A DNA stretch of 64,000 bases from Lophium mytilinum. Its lineage: Eukaryota. The notes beneath the pieces were generated by a model, which did not search any database, was not told where the DNA came from, and saw only the letters and a list, made by a program, of their open reading frames with translations. The DNA lies in assembly GCA_010093605.1 (NCBI GenBank), contig MU004193.1, positions 1-64,000 on the forward strand, in the 5' to 3' direction. Numbering within the stretch: the stretch's first letter is position 1; each line of letters starts with the position of its first letter. Positions 24,869-38,564 of the stretch are shown one piece after another. The translations under genes were made by a program, and so were the position numbers.

Positions 24869-27512
24869 ATGGCGAACCACATCGAGTGCACTCGTCTAGG
24901 GAGGCCTCAGTGTCTCTCTCAGTCATCCAGATCCATCTTGCTCCATCTCCTCCGCAATTTGAAGCTGTGGAATCCCCGCGACATCCCTCACGTGGACCGC
25001 CTTCTAGGCTCGAGAATCAATCGCCTATTCATTACAAGTGCGACTTATACTCCGGGAGCCCCTCCCATCAAGATTAGCTTCGCGCGCAAGTATGTGGGAG
25101 GATAACGCCCAGATTATGAGGTGCGGTATGCCCAGTCAAGAGATAGCCTGGTCGGATTGGCCGTACTGCTCTACATGCAGATTTGAGAGTCTATCCAGAG
25201 GCGGGCCCAGCGAGATGGTTTTCTGTTGTGAATGTGGGTCTGGCCCTCAGCTTATATACGTCAATCCCGCATGTTACAACTGCCGCCATACCTTCACGTG
25301 GGACAATAATTCGAAAGCTACATTACGTGTAAGAGAAAAAGAAAGCCCCTCATTGACATTCAATGAACTTCTCTTTCGACGAGCGGCAGATCCCATAACT
25401 ACCGAGAATGATACATCTTCATGTATCTTATCACCTCCCCATGATCCTTTGGCACTTCCAGCAGCTGAACGTCTGGCGCTCCCAGCGCCTAGAACTCCGC
25501 TTGATACTCTTGAGCAGCTTCTAGGGCCGTTCCCATCAAACCCCGATTTACCGGCTGGGGTCTACATTGCGCGACAGAAAAGCCGAGAAAGATCCCCTCA
25601 AGGCTTGCGACTTTTTGAAGAACATATAAACAAAAGCGTTAATGGAACCGACTGGCCGAACTACGCATCACTCTGGGACTGTGAACTATTGGACGAAACC
25701 GCAAACGCGCGAAGACCGAGTCCAATTTCACGCGTTCATCAGGAACCAACGCCCTCCGACAGACTTCGCGGATTGCATCACACATCGAAGGTCGCAGCAG
25801 AAGACTCGGAGAGAGCCAATGAGCAGGGCAGTCTACCGCTCAAGACCACATCTCACGATAGCTCACGGGAGGTATACAGCAGTTCGGACAATTCGCCGCC
25901 CGCTTCTGGCAGTCCTACAGCTACCCGAACCAGCGACACGGAATACGACTACTCCACCGAAACCGAGACAAGTCCCAGCACGATAGCAGATTCTCAATCT
26001 GGACCCTCAACCATTTCATGTCTGGTCCGAAACTTCGTTGATCGGGTTATGAATGATATCCACTTCTTTTTTGACGTCGAGTCTGGGATCATTCAATGCA
26101 CTAATGGATCAAACCACCATACTTCAACCACACAGAGCCAAAATCCTTCCAGTCATGATAGTCCGAAAGGTGGCCAGCCCGAGGAAGAAAACAAGCGACA
26201 ACAGGATGCAGATGGTAGCAAGGGCCCACCACAAGACCACAGCGAAGACGATCATGATGATGATAGAGGTAGAAAGCGGCGAAAGCTTAGCAAAAGCAAA
26301 CGACCGGAGAAATCCACGAGACGGCTTGCTTGTCACTATTTCAAACGCGATCGGGAAAGGTATAGAGAGTGTCGCGCCTGTGCGGGTCCGGGATGGTTCA
26401 ACATCCATCACGTAAAGTATGCTCTCCGCAACAATTTTTTATTGGAGTTTTGTCAACTCTTGTCTGATAGAATGTAGAGACCATCTTTACCGGAATCACC
26501 AAGTTCGTCCTTGTCCAATATGTTACTTAGATATGAAGACGGACGAGGCTTACGAAGCCCATATACGTGCACGAACGTGCGAAGAGCAGCCACGAAATTC
26601 TTTCGAAGGCATAGATAGAGCCAAAAAGGCGAAACTGGAAAGCCGAATGAGCGGGAAGCCACCTGTCGAAAAGTGGAATGCTATCTACCGGATCTTGTTT
26701 CCTAATGACCTACACATACCAAGTCCTTGTAAGAAATAATGTAACTTTTAGGTACTACACTCTAGCTAACTTCTCATTATCTAGTCTACGACCATGATGA
26801 TAACGCACTGAGTGCAGTGGACCCTCGTTCTCGCTTTCACGATTATTGCGAGATCGAACTTCCGCGGAGAGTCCGCGCAAAGCTCGAGAACAATCTCAAA
26901 CAACGGTACCGCCAAATCTACGCTGAAATTGGCAGTCAAATCGAGTCTACCATCCGAGAATGCTACGGTGATGTAGTGTCGGCATTTCAGCTGTCTACTG
27001 CCGCCGAGAGCGCACCTAAAGCATCAATGCCCGCCGAAGAGAATATCCTTGTTGACACCGATGAGCAATGTGCGTTTACGACAACCGAACAGTGTTTGAA
27101 TCAAAGCTCTTTCACTCCTCCAGACCTATCACTCGAATTTTTGGATCTGGCTAGCTTCGATATTCATACACCGTCTACGAATGTGCACGACCAAACGAAC
27201 CAAGACAACATGAACTACTTCACTGAGCTGACACTCAGCGCTGACCCTTCCCCCGGCGGGCTCAGTTTCCCGTCTATCTGCCCTGACGTATTTCTCTCTT
27301 CCCCCCAGAACCCGTGGGAGCATGGTTTCATCGACTCTACTACGACATCTTCAGACCCACTGCTTGACGAGCAGAACGAGGAGCAGTTGATTGAGCTTCC
27401 TGGTGCCGCAGTTGTCAAGATCATCCCCGAAGTTAGGCTGCCAAACCCATCTCAGACCCAGGGAATGTACTCGGACCTCACAGATTTGCTACAGCATGAA
27501 CCGTATATGTAG
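24869..27512 (+). CDS. Fungal C2H2-like finger protein, paralog 1 (N-terminal CCECG..P.CYNC.H motif); start uncertain
   Basis: Core LACHYFKRD..CRAC.GPGW.NIHHVK|DHLYRNH...CPICY...H..C..EKW..IYRILFP...PSP. Introns at about 25090-25180, 26418-26477 and 26730-26784 keep the frame. Confidence 0.75.
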
Positions 27513-29457
27513 TCTGCTACAGCTTTTCACAATGGAATCTATCCAGGAATACTGAAAATATCTGCTTCTTCCTAACTTGGGCTTGGACAGGGAGCTTCAA
27601 TAACAGCTTGATACTCGTTGAAGGACTTCAGATCGTGTACGGACTTCGTTTGAAGATTGAGAAGTCACTGTTGAACGCAGAGTGATTACTTACCAGCAAA
27701 AGTCGGAGTCACGCGTCACTGGTCTCAACGCTTGAGAAGTCGAAAAGCGTTGGCCAGATTAATCTGAGGTCAGATCTGCATTCACTGATTAGTGCCCGCC
27801 TTCGTATGCGCTTTAGTTTCATCATCGAAGACTCTTGATAGGTGGTTAGAATGGGTTGCCATTGCTGTTTTGATCTGAGGATGGCTCCCGGTACTTGAAC
27901 CTTCGGTATGTATTTGCCAGAGAGTAGCACGTGACTGGACAAACACCTTACCACCTCGTTCAGACCATAAGAGCTTAGTCTAGTTTGAGAAGTTCAGATG
28001 GGCGGAATTTTGGATTGCTATCGTCTGGATTCTGTTTCTTGTCCGGGCCTATAAACTAGCATGCAGCCTAACGAGATACACGCTTGCGAAACGGTGGGGC
28101 GTACGGTGGTTTGCGTATATGCTTAATTCTACGCCGCTGCGGAGTATAACCCAACACGGCGCTAAACTCAAGCGGATATTCGCAAACCTGCTGCCTGCCC
28201 TGCTGCGCAAAGTTTCACGCATCTGCGTATTCTTCGCTCATGCCACGTCTTTTTAATTAAGACCACTGGGCACCTCTTTTACTGTTCTTGAGATTTCACC
28301 GCTTGTGCCTCCCCCTATCTTGGATCTTAGACCCGTCCAATCCCCATCCAGAGAGTGATCGACACGCTAGGTGTGAGACTTCTTCTTGGTGCCCGCAAAG
28401 GTCCCTCGGCCTTCCAGCCTCGAGTAACCCTCCAGTGGCACTTGAAAGCCAGGAAAGGATCAGCTTTCCGCGCGCCTTACTGAATAGATATAGCCTCGCC
28501 ATGGGACGATGCCCGCATAGGCAGGATTTGGACCCAAGGCGATCGACATTCCATCGACGCTGCCTCCCAGGAATAGGACGAGGATGCCGGCCACGAGAAT
28601 ATGGATTTGCCAAGAGGATGATACCGTTACCAGCACGGTACCGGAACCGAGGACGTGTGAAGAGGATGACGCGCACAGCCGTGCCCGTGGTGTTAGCGCA
28701 AGGGCCCCTCACCCCTTCTTTGAAGCTATCTTTCTCGCAGATAACAGCACATCTTGGGGATTTACGGGCGACTTATGCCGCAAGGCCTCCACAGCCACCC
28801 TAGGAACGATGCTTACGAAGAGCTTCTGGGAGAGATTTGCATCAACTCCTGATTGATGATTTTCTGCCAGGCGATCCTGGAGTCGACTCCTGGCCAAGGG
28901 ATCCCCCAGCCGAGGATCTACCCATGGCCCATTCCCACGAAAGGGTTTCATTTCTACATGTCCCAGGTGAGAGCGGCAAGCTCCAGCAGCTTGAGGATAG
29001 GACTCCTACCCTCAAGGTCGCTTCAATGTTAGAGTACACCTTCCCTCGCATTGAAATGTACCGAGAGGCTCATCTCGTTTCCTATCTCGCTTCTTCGCAT
29101 CGCAGTCGTGTTACTGCTGATGACCTGGGCAACCGCTCAGCCGTTCTTGGAAACCCGGATGTGTTGGCGCTTAGCTGCTTATTGTCAATCAGCTGCTTAG
29201 AAAATATCAGGAAAGGTGCATTTTCCCCTCCGATATCAAACGCAACATTTTTATGGTGCTCTATTCCCACTTACTGTGCCCATTGCTCATTGTCTAATCT
29301 AATGGCTCCAGCCCCAAGAGATGCTTTTCATCGTCTACAGACATCCGCAAATCCGACATTTCCAATCCATGGAAGTCCGCGGTGCTTTAGTCTTCAACAG
29401 GCAATCGCAACACACCAAAGAACTGGCTCGCTCGTCAGAGTTTAAGATCTTATAGGC

Positions 29458-31115
29458 GTGTCTCGCCAAGTAAGACTCGGACAGATACCAGAGCATGGTT
29501 TGCCAGATGTTGACGAGCAGAGCTCGTTTTCTAGCCTCTCTGACACTGGTACCCATCGACTAGACGTGGGCCTGGAAGAAAGAGCGTTCTCTCTGAGCCC
29601 ACGAATGTCGAAATCTGGCTTCGAAAGCGAGATGCCGTCTGTGCAAGGAAAGCCGACGAAACTAGAACAGCCATTACATCGACCAAGCGGCGCAACCTCC
29701 AAGATCGGCCCACGGGAATTCAATGCCTTCGAGCCCTCAAGGTATATCTATAGCAACGATGTTCTAATAGCTAGTAGCGGCTTGACAGATGTTTCCAAAA
29801 ATAGGAGCGAAACACCCGAGAATGTAGAGGTGGGATATCCGGACGAACGTTCGAATATCTCATATAGAGCTTGTAGTGTTGATTTTAGGATCATGAAAGC
29901 CCAATGGCTCTTCGATGACAGGTCGGGGGTTATCCAAAGTACGAATGGCTCTCACACCAGCACCAGCACATCCAGTGCCGCTCAGTTTACAAGTGAGAAC
30001 AAGAAACGAAAACGGCAGAACAGACACGGAGGACGATCGGGCGAAAACGATGAAGATGACATCGCAGATAATAATGATGATAACGGTAATAATAGGAGAA
30101 ATTTGGACAGCGGTAAACGCCCGCGGGGGAGTAAGAAGAGGTTCGCGTGTCCGTTTTTCAAACGAGATCCAGAAAAGCACATGGGGCGTCGCTCTTGCAC
30201 GGGCCCAGGATACTCGGGAATTCATCAGCTGAAGTGAGTTGCGGCAAGGTCACTCGCGCTGCAGAACTGATACCAACACGGTTCTAGAGAACATCTTTAC
30301 CGAAACCACGAAGTGCGACCTTGTCCAATATGCTATGCGGATATGAAGACGGACGAGGCTCTAGAGTTGCACGTGCGGTCACAAGTTTGTGAAAGACGGG
30401 AAGCACCCCCTTGTGAAGGTATTAATCGACCAATCAAGTCAAGATTGGAGAACCGGAAGGGATGGAGTAAGAAATCTGATATCGAAAAGTGGGAGCCTAT
30501 TTACCGGATACTGTTTCCGAACGACGAGGCCCTTGCTATGCCTAGTCCATGTAGGTGTTCACAAAATCCGATACCGACGCATTGCAGTCGAACTCACGAT
30601 CCGTGTGCCTAGTCTACGAGGACGATGAGCTACCCTTACCAGGCCTTCTCTCTGCGTTCGAGGAATATTGTCGACGCGAGCTTCCGCGGAGCGTCCGGAT
30701 GGAACTGGACTCGAAATCTAGGCGCGGCGACGACATCAACAGCGAAATTGAGACCCTAGTGCGACATTGCTACGACGGAATAGTCACCACTTTCAAAGGA
30801 TCAGGGAGATCGAAAACTGCGCAAGCCGTCTCGACCCTTGCTGAACCTGAAACGTGTGTCCTAAGTCAGTCCGACGAAAGCACCTCCGTTGGATCGTCGA
30901 CGCACGATGCTCTGGAAAATATCCTGGGCCAAGTTTCGTACGTTACACCGGATCTTACTTTTGATGGCTTCAATACAAGCGGCCTAGAGCCCTCCACGCA
31001 ATCCTTCGACTACGGTACCAAAACTAGTCAAGAAGGTTCCGATCAACCTGACTACTTTGGAGAGACTTTCGACTTCATGAGAATCCTTGACTTCCCGTTT
31101 GACCCTCATCCTTGA
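29458..31115 (+). CDS. Fungal C2H2-like finger protein, paralog 2 (5' exons unresolved, possibly degenerate)
   Basis: Core FACPFFKRDPEKH..SCTGPGYSGIHQLK|EHLYRNH..CPICY..EKWEPIYRILFP..PSP|YE..F..YCRRELPR. Intron positions match paralogs 1 and 3. Confidence 0.7.
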
Positions 31116-31644
31116 CGAAGCCCGCAGAGGCAGCCGGGTGCCCAGAAAAGCGCTGTTCGACAATGTGCCTTATGGTCAGAAAAGATTATTCAGACATTAC
31201 AGATTTAAGCAGTCTGACTACAATCTCTGGTACGTATCATCTGCTAGAACTTCTGATAGCATGCGTTTGTAGCGAAAGCCTTCATGAACTTCGATAGCCA
31301 CGACCTGACCGAGCTCATAATGATGTTTGCCTCAAGTGATCCATGGTGAATAAATACTGCTAGCGACTCTCGCAAAATCCGCGTCCGCATCACGAACGCT
31401 ATACTGCTAGCTAGCATTCTGTCGCAGGGAAATGTCTACATGGAGTTGGAGTAGGTATGAAAAGATTTCTCCCAAGGCAACGCAAGGCAACGAACGTTGT
31501 TATGTCCTTTACGCACGCCAAATTCCAGGGGTATCAGAATTCGCGCAACTCATTACTTCTTGGCCATTGACAAGTGTTCGTATTTGGACTGATGTGATGT
31601 CTGTCTTGACGAGGATGGAGTTTTCTGCCTCTGGCTATGTAGAT

Positions 31645-31855
31645 GTGTGGAATTCTCATTATAGAGTTGATATTCGGATGTCGAGCACGGGACGTATAGC
31701 TCTAGAATACTGTAGGATCGCTTTCCTACATAGATCTAGTGTAATTTGAGGTCTACACAGGCCTTCCTTACGTGTATATAGCCTGGCTAGATTCCTACAT
31801 AGAATCGGCATCTATGGTCCTCCAGATTCTTGTATCACGTGATCGGTAATATCAC
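31645..31855 (-). repeat. Dispersed repeat family B, copy 1 (inverted relative to copies 2 and 3)
   Basis: The reverse complement reads ...ATCACGTGAT..GGAGGACCATAGATGCCGATTCTATGTAGGAATCTAGCCAGGCTATATACACG...CGTGCTCGACATCCGAATATCAAC, matching 58845-59048 and 61453-61658. Confidence 0.9.
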
Positions 31856-32436
31856 ATATGAACGCTTGAGCATCATCATTTTTCAGCGTACTCCATTTGA
31901 AAACTATATCCTTGTCGGATTCCGCGTTCTCACATGGGGTCGGGAAAGGCATTGGGGCCCTGGACACGTTTATCAGAATTTGATGGGTGTCGTGAAAGTA
32001 AGGCCGGTTTAGTGGGTCCAAAAGGGTGCTTTGGCCGTTTCATGCTCATGTCTACTCTATGATTGCGAATATAGAAGCACAGCCGGCCATGTTTCAGCCT
32101 CCGCGACGCTGGTAGGCCACTAGGGTGCAGGGTTTCTCGCAAACATCAGCCACGCACTGCTACGTCAACCTGGGAGAGTTTCACGCATTTGCGTATTACC
32201 TCGACCACAAGCTGCAACAGATCCATCCATTCTTGATAGTCATAGTGCCTGCCGTGCTTCTTCCTCTTGATATTCTGACAAGCAACCTCTCACTAGCTGC
32301 TGTTTCAGTCAGCCTCACTTGTTTACAACTTCACTTGGACAGCCTTGGGAAAAGCATCTCAGGCTACGCGCGTACAGTGACTATATGAACGGAGCCCATC
32401 ACTGAAGAGATTGCTCCAAAAGCCCCAGAGGTGATC

Positions 32437-35111
32437 ATGGACCCAATGGAATGGAACTGGAGCGCTGAGTATCAAGATCACTACCGCATAATCGACAATA
32501 AGAATGGTAAGTAAAGTACTTGTCTACATGGCGCATAAGCTATCTGGCGGTCATATCTACGTTCGACGAAAATATACTAACTACGCAAGGTATAGGTCCA
32601 GCTTTATTGGTGTGGGCAAAGGCTACAATGCAACAGGCTGGAAAACCAGAGACTGACGATCATTCATTCGAGGGACGGAGAGACCGAGCTGATTCTACTT
32701 ATGGGTCGGCTGAATTAGCCCTTGCGAATGTCTCCGCGTATAAGGAGCCCTCAAAAAGTGCTGACGCCTTCCCTATGCCCCTCTCCGAACAAAGCGTAGA
32801 TACCGCATTGAGAGATCAAAAGACAGTGCGTCGTCGCCGGAGACAGGATCTGGTTTGCGATGCTTGTAGGGAACAGTGCAGTGCTTCTGACACCTCGTCC
32901 TGTACAAATTGCTCCATCCAAGGTCGCAAATGTCTCCTCACGAAAGAAGATGATATCGGAATGGTGTCCTCGATCGAGTACGTGTTTAGAAATGACTGTA
33001 TATCACCTATGCAAAGACTTAGATTGACGCTCAATAGACAGGTAGAAGACCTGAAAAGCCAATTGGCCGATACACAATGGGTAGCACAGAACTTACAAAG
33101 TCAAATAACCGAGGCGAACCAAGAAATCAATCAGCTGCGGTCGAGACTAGCCATACATGAGGAGGGCGTCTTGGAACCGCATCCACCACTCAATCGCGTG
33201 GACCTATTGAAGCCAGAAAGGCTGGAGGAGTTACTTGGTCCAACAAGGTCTACTTTTCCAAGCATCAAGAAAGACCCGTCTAAGAACCTTGATGAAGAAG
33301 ACTGCTCTATCAAGGCTTCGTCGTCCAAAAACCGCGAGACGCAACGACTGAGATCACATGCAGCCAGTCAGACGAATACCACCGACAGTGACAGTAAAGC
33401 CCATGGCGAGGTATCCAATGTGCCTCAGAACGCAAGAATATACGATCAGCAGCATCTTGAAACGCTCATATCTACACCTAGTTGCGCAATGGAGGACATA
33501 GATGTCGCTTCTAGCGGTTCGCGGTATACCCCCAGCAACGACCCGTCCAACGAGAGTAGTGATACAGACCACGACACGTCCAGTGGAAGCGAAACACCCG
33601 AGATTCTGGCCGCTAGTTCTGTTCACGTGTCCTACTTCACGACCATTATCGTCGAAATGCTCATGAGCGGCATTCGCTTCTTTTTCGACCGTGATTTAGG
33701 AGTCATTCAATGCACCAACGATTATAGTGAAAGATGTTCCGGCACAAAACGGCGACGTTGCTCCAACAACCCAGCCGGTGGCCAACGTACTAGCGAAGAT
33801 AGAATCACCGGCGATGACCAAAATGATGACAACAATAATGACGAGAATGATGAGGACAGAGACGCCAAAAGACGCAAATCAAATAGTGGAAGCCGTATTG
33901 TAAGGTCCAAGGAGAGATTCGCCTGTCCATACTTCAAGCGTGATCCACAAAAGCACAACTGTCGTCCATGTAATGGACCGGGATGGTCTGGAATTCACCA
34001 ACTGAAGTAGGTTCTATTGATTCTCAGTTTACTGTGATATGGGCATTAATATACCAATAGAGAGCATCTTTATCGAAGGCACAGCGTTCACCCGTGTCCG
34101 AGATGCTACGTGGATCTGAAGTCAGAAGAGGCGCTAGGCCTGCATTTACAGGCAGAGCAGATCTGCGTGAGAGGGATAATTCAACCAAGCGAAGGTGTAG
34201 ACAGGGCGAAGAGATCGAAACTAGAGAGTCGCAAAGGTTTGTCAAAAAAGTCTGACGTCGAAAAATGGGAGATGATCTACCAAATATTATTTCCGGAAGA
34301 CGACAGCAGCGACATGCCTAGTCCATGTAAGTGATTTCTATGGCGGATCTGGTTGCAACTGTGCTAACTAAATCAATGTTGAGTCTATGATGGAGCGAAC
34401 AACTCTACAGGTGGCAGTGACCCCGTATTTCGATTCGAGCGATACTGCCGACGCGAGCTTCCGCGACGGATTCGAACATAGCTAGAGAAAATCATCGAGA
34501 GATACGTCCAGAAGCACAGCGGAAACATGAGCAGCCAAATCGAAAACATCGTACGAGAATGCTATGATGAAGTAGCGTCGACCTTCCAGGTTCAAGGAAC
34601 ATCTCGCGCAGGCCATAATTCGCCGCTACAGGACTTAGCTGAGACTAGAATGGAACCTTCTGCACCAGTGGATACAACCCATGATTCACACAGTTTTGTT
34701 GATCCCAGCCAATTTATTGTTCCCGAACTCTCTTTCCAGAACTTCGATTTTATCGGCCTGGAACCCTTCGCGTCATCTTTCAACGTTGACGATCAAACAA
34801 ACCAGAAACACCCAGACTCATTTGACTGCTTCAGAGGCTCTCATGACTTGCCTGGGGGCATAGACCTTCCCCCTTTCAGCTTTGACGACCCCATGGTTCC
34901 CTACCAAAGCTCTTGCCCAAAGACCTGTGGTAGCTTAAACTTGTCATCTTCCACAGATCTATCCATGGAGCCGAACGTGGAGCAGGAGATGGGGGGATCT
35001 GGCATTATCGCTCACAAGGCAGTTCCTGGGATTACTCCGCAGGAAAAGCCAGGGAAAGAGGGAATCGTCCTGAATGTGGTGGATCAGCCGCAACCAGAGC
35101 TTGGAGGTTAG
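32437..35111 (+). CDS. Fungal C2H2-like finger protein, paralog 3, with N-terminal degenerate Zn2Cys6-like cluster and coiled coil
   Basis: Exon 1 MDPMEWNWS..; cluster CDACREQC..SSCTNCSIQGRKC; core FACPYFKRDPQKHNCRPCNGPGWSGIHQLK|EHLYRRH..CPRCY..EKWEMIYQILFP..PSP. Confidence 0.8.
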
Positions 35112-35570
35112 TGACGATGATGCACTCCAGAACATTTTAATACTGCTGTGTCTTGCAAAATGTCTACGCAAAGTTTTTCGTCGTCGTTTGACGTGGTTCA
35201 GCGGATTTTTGAACGTTAAAATGAGTTTCCAAGTTCCTGAAAGCTTGAATTGGTCGGATTTCACATACTGCCAGTCGGCCCACTTCGGTGCGTCCTGCCA
35301 ATTTGGCACCAGATGAAAGGTTACTAACGAAGATTCGAACTCATATTTGGAGGCGAACCATAGCCGCACGTCCGAAAATGAGTACGAACGCAATGTTCTT
35401 GACTTCAAAGACTTCGCCGTATCAAGGAAGACATACGTACAAATGCCTGCTAGTGACTCCTGCTCAACGGCTTCACATTGACTCCTCAACCCTTCGAATA
35501 CAATGACAAGCTAGAAGTCTATACACACCTTTTTACTACTTCCGGGGGTACCCTCGTCAGAGTTCAAACA

Positions 35571-35730
35571 ACTAGGCGCGATGTCAAGTTCCAGACAGTG
35601 CAAATCAGAGGGCTGTTTAACTCGCTGCCTACTGACTAGCTGGGCCACTCCTGTCAGTGGTATCAAGCGAACAAAACTGAAACCAAATAGTAACAGATTT
35701 GTGTGCACAGATATATGACACAGTGCTGCA
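35571..35730 (+). repeat. Dispersed repeat family A, copy 3
   Basis: CTAGGCGCGATGTCAAGTTCCA...GTTTAACT...ACTAGCTGGGCCA...CAGATATATGAC aligns by eye with 11613-11770. Confidence 0.8.
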
Positions 35731-35991
35731 AAAGCTTGAGGTCCATCAAGCCGGGTGCAGGATGATGCATAGGTAATCACGGCTACCATCGCTCACGCCT
35801 TGAGTCGGTGATGTCCGGAGACGGGTTTGGCCGATCTTGCATGTTTTCACCTTCATGTATAAACTTCGTGTGCCTACACTAGCGTCTTCTCAAACACACA
35901 AACATTTCTTTATTGTCACAAGAAAAGCACGCTTGACCTTGTTAGCTGGGTTTCTTGAAGAACTGCAAGATCGAACTGTCTCCCTCCCGCC

Positions 35992-37350
35992 ATGCCAGAA
36001 ATCGCGGAAGATCTCCCTAGACATGTAGGCAAGCTGCTCATGCGCCATGGCGACTTGCTCGAAGAGAGCCGACCGGAGAATGCTCTACCTGGAACTGAGG
36101 CCCCGGACGATGGTCCCGCTGAGGGCACCGAGAGGGCCAACATTGTTACCGGGTTCGATTCAGCGATGAAAGCAGACCCACTGCCCCGACTTGAAGCGGA
36201 GAAACTCCTAGAAGTCGCTCTGGGCCTCAAGTTCTCCTCTCTCGGGCCATCAAGAGGTGGCATCAAACGCTGGGCTTCCCCAGCCCGCGAAGATTTCGCA
36301 AAGGCGTAAGTTTCACCCTTGCTTCTTTGCATCGTGAACCCCCTTGTCTCACAAAACTCTAGTCACCCTAATATTGCGCATAACGCCGTCTTTGTCTCGA
36401 TCGACTTCGAGAGCCTTTCCTGGATGGACGACACCGGACACCCTCAGTACGGCAAGATCACGGAGCTAGGGCTTGCTTTCCTCGACACGCGAGCGCTGAA
36501 GGATGTTGATGAGCCGACCGAGTGGGTCGAACAAACCCGTGCAAAGCATTATATCGTCGACGAGTACGCCCATCTCCGGCCGATGGTCGTGGATAAACGA
36601 AAGCATTCTCTCGACAATGCCGACAAGTTCGACTACGGAACTAGCGAGATCGTGCCATCCAGAACTCTCGGTGATATTTTGAAGAACGCATTGCGTATCC
36701 CGGATGACGCTGCATCGAATGCTGAGAACGAGAACGCGGAGATCAAGTACCGCCCAATCATCCTTGTCGCCCACGCGTACCAGAACGAGGACAAATACCT
36801 ACGCAGTGAGCTCGATATCTCTGCTGCCGACCTTGACGAGATCTACGCCATTATCGATACTCAGGTCATGATGTGCGGGAAGGGGCAGAAGGCACCTGGC
36901 CTTCGTCAGTTACTGGAGAACAGGTACGGTATGCATCCCGTGAATATGCATAACGGCGGCAACGACGCGGTGTATACTCTCGTCTTGGTCTTGGCGCACG
37001 CGGCGAGGAAGGGTTGCGGAGTGGAAGAAAAAGGCGGAGTTGTGGATGAGTGGCTTAACGCCCTAAAAATAAAGATTGCAGAAGAAGCTGGGGGCAGATG
37101 TGAAAACTGTGGTGGGCTTGGGCATTCGGACGAAGCGTGTAAGGAGCCAAAGGGAGCAGGGCTGCATGATGTTGCAAAAGCTCTTGCCGGGCTGAGGCTG
37201 GACAGGGCCGACGCTGTGCAGGAGTTCGAGCGTACGGTATGTGCTGCTTCCCCTGAGCCTGCAGAAGCTGATACGCTTGGCACTAAGGCTGAAGGGTCTG
37301 GTGTCCCGGATGATAAAGAGAAAGGCGAAGTTCTACCGAAGCTGGAGTGA
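35992..37350 (+). CDS. DEDDh 3'-5' exonuclease, QIP (QDE-2-interacting protein)/Gfd2-YDR514C-like, with C-terminal CCHC zinc knuckle (1 intron, 36306-36362)
   Basis: Motifs FVSIDFE, ITELGLAFLDTR, FDYGTSE, IILVAH, IIDTQ, HNGGNDAVYTL; knuckle CENCGGLGHSDEAC. Confidence 0.85.
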
Positions 37351-38564
37351 AGGGACAAAAAGGTTGAATGTTGAGCTAATAACAGGCCGAGTAGCTCAGC
37401 TTTCGTTAGATCCCGGACTACAAAGCACGCCCTTGCGGCATGTACTTTTTCTCCTTGTGAAAAGATGACCCTGGTCATACTTTCTTATATCGCGACTATA
37501 TTGTAGTTCCCTGGATGCTTGCTTGCCACTGTTAGAGGTGCTTTAATACAGTTTCATAGATCAGAATTCGTCCGCCTATCTCTAGGCTCGAATCATAGAG
37601 GAGCGGAATACGTAGCTCTTTGCGCCTATTCGGAACTCCCTTAATCTCTGCCATAATTCAAATCGGAAGTTCTAGTGCCAATATAGTGGACTCACATGGG
37701 TAAATCTTGGCAAGCCTTGGTTTGAGCTGAGCCTTGTACGGGATGGCGTCAGCACAGCTTCTTACCAACGTCAAACGATATTGGGCAATACCTTTGAGCT
37801 CGGGTCAGATACATGATGAGCCACCTTCTCGATATGTGTTTCGTATCTTGTCTTCTTCCAGTCATTTCAAATTCAAGAAAGAGTGAATGAAAAAGGTAAA
37901 TGTAAAATGCGGTGGACTTTGCAAGGAGCACGTAATGCGAACTACACTATGCGGAATTTCAATCGCAGGCGTATTCAACTAGATTGGCTCCTCCTTCAGC
38001 CTCAGATTATCCATTCTCGAGATGATTAGAAAGTCGGAGGTGGTGGTGGCGAAGGCGGGCTGAGTGCCTTGGCATCTTGGCATCTATCCGTCAGCTCCCA
38101 TTTCGTACAGGCTGAGAGCTGTAGTTTGTGAAATCTCTGCCTGCGCCACCAGGAAACAAGCTCATCTCAAATCTCTTCCGCCGTTGAGGCGTTTTGCTTT
38201 CCGTCTTCGGTGAAGTCGGCTTGGCGTCTGACGATTTACGGACGCCCTCTTCTTCCCCATCTGTATTTCTCATCCATTTCTCAGCCCAGCACGGGGGCCC
38301 TTAACCTTGGTATAAGCTTAATGTAAGTGCTGATGGCACTGATTTTAGAGCTACACGCTCGTTATCGAAGACTGGCAGAGATATAAAATGAAAGCTTCGT
38401 CGTCCCCAAGAGCATCATCATCACAACAGTTCAATACAACTTCAAGCCCACCTTTCCTAGTATCTCCATATCTTCACTCACTAGAATCTCCTTTTATTCT
38501 TTTCCTATCAAACCCCAACCACTCACTACCTTCAAACCCACCGACCAACCAATCAATCCTCAAA

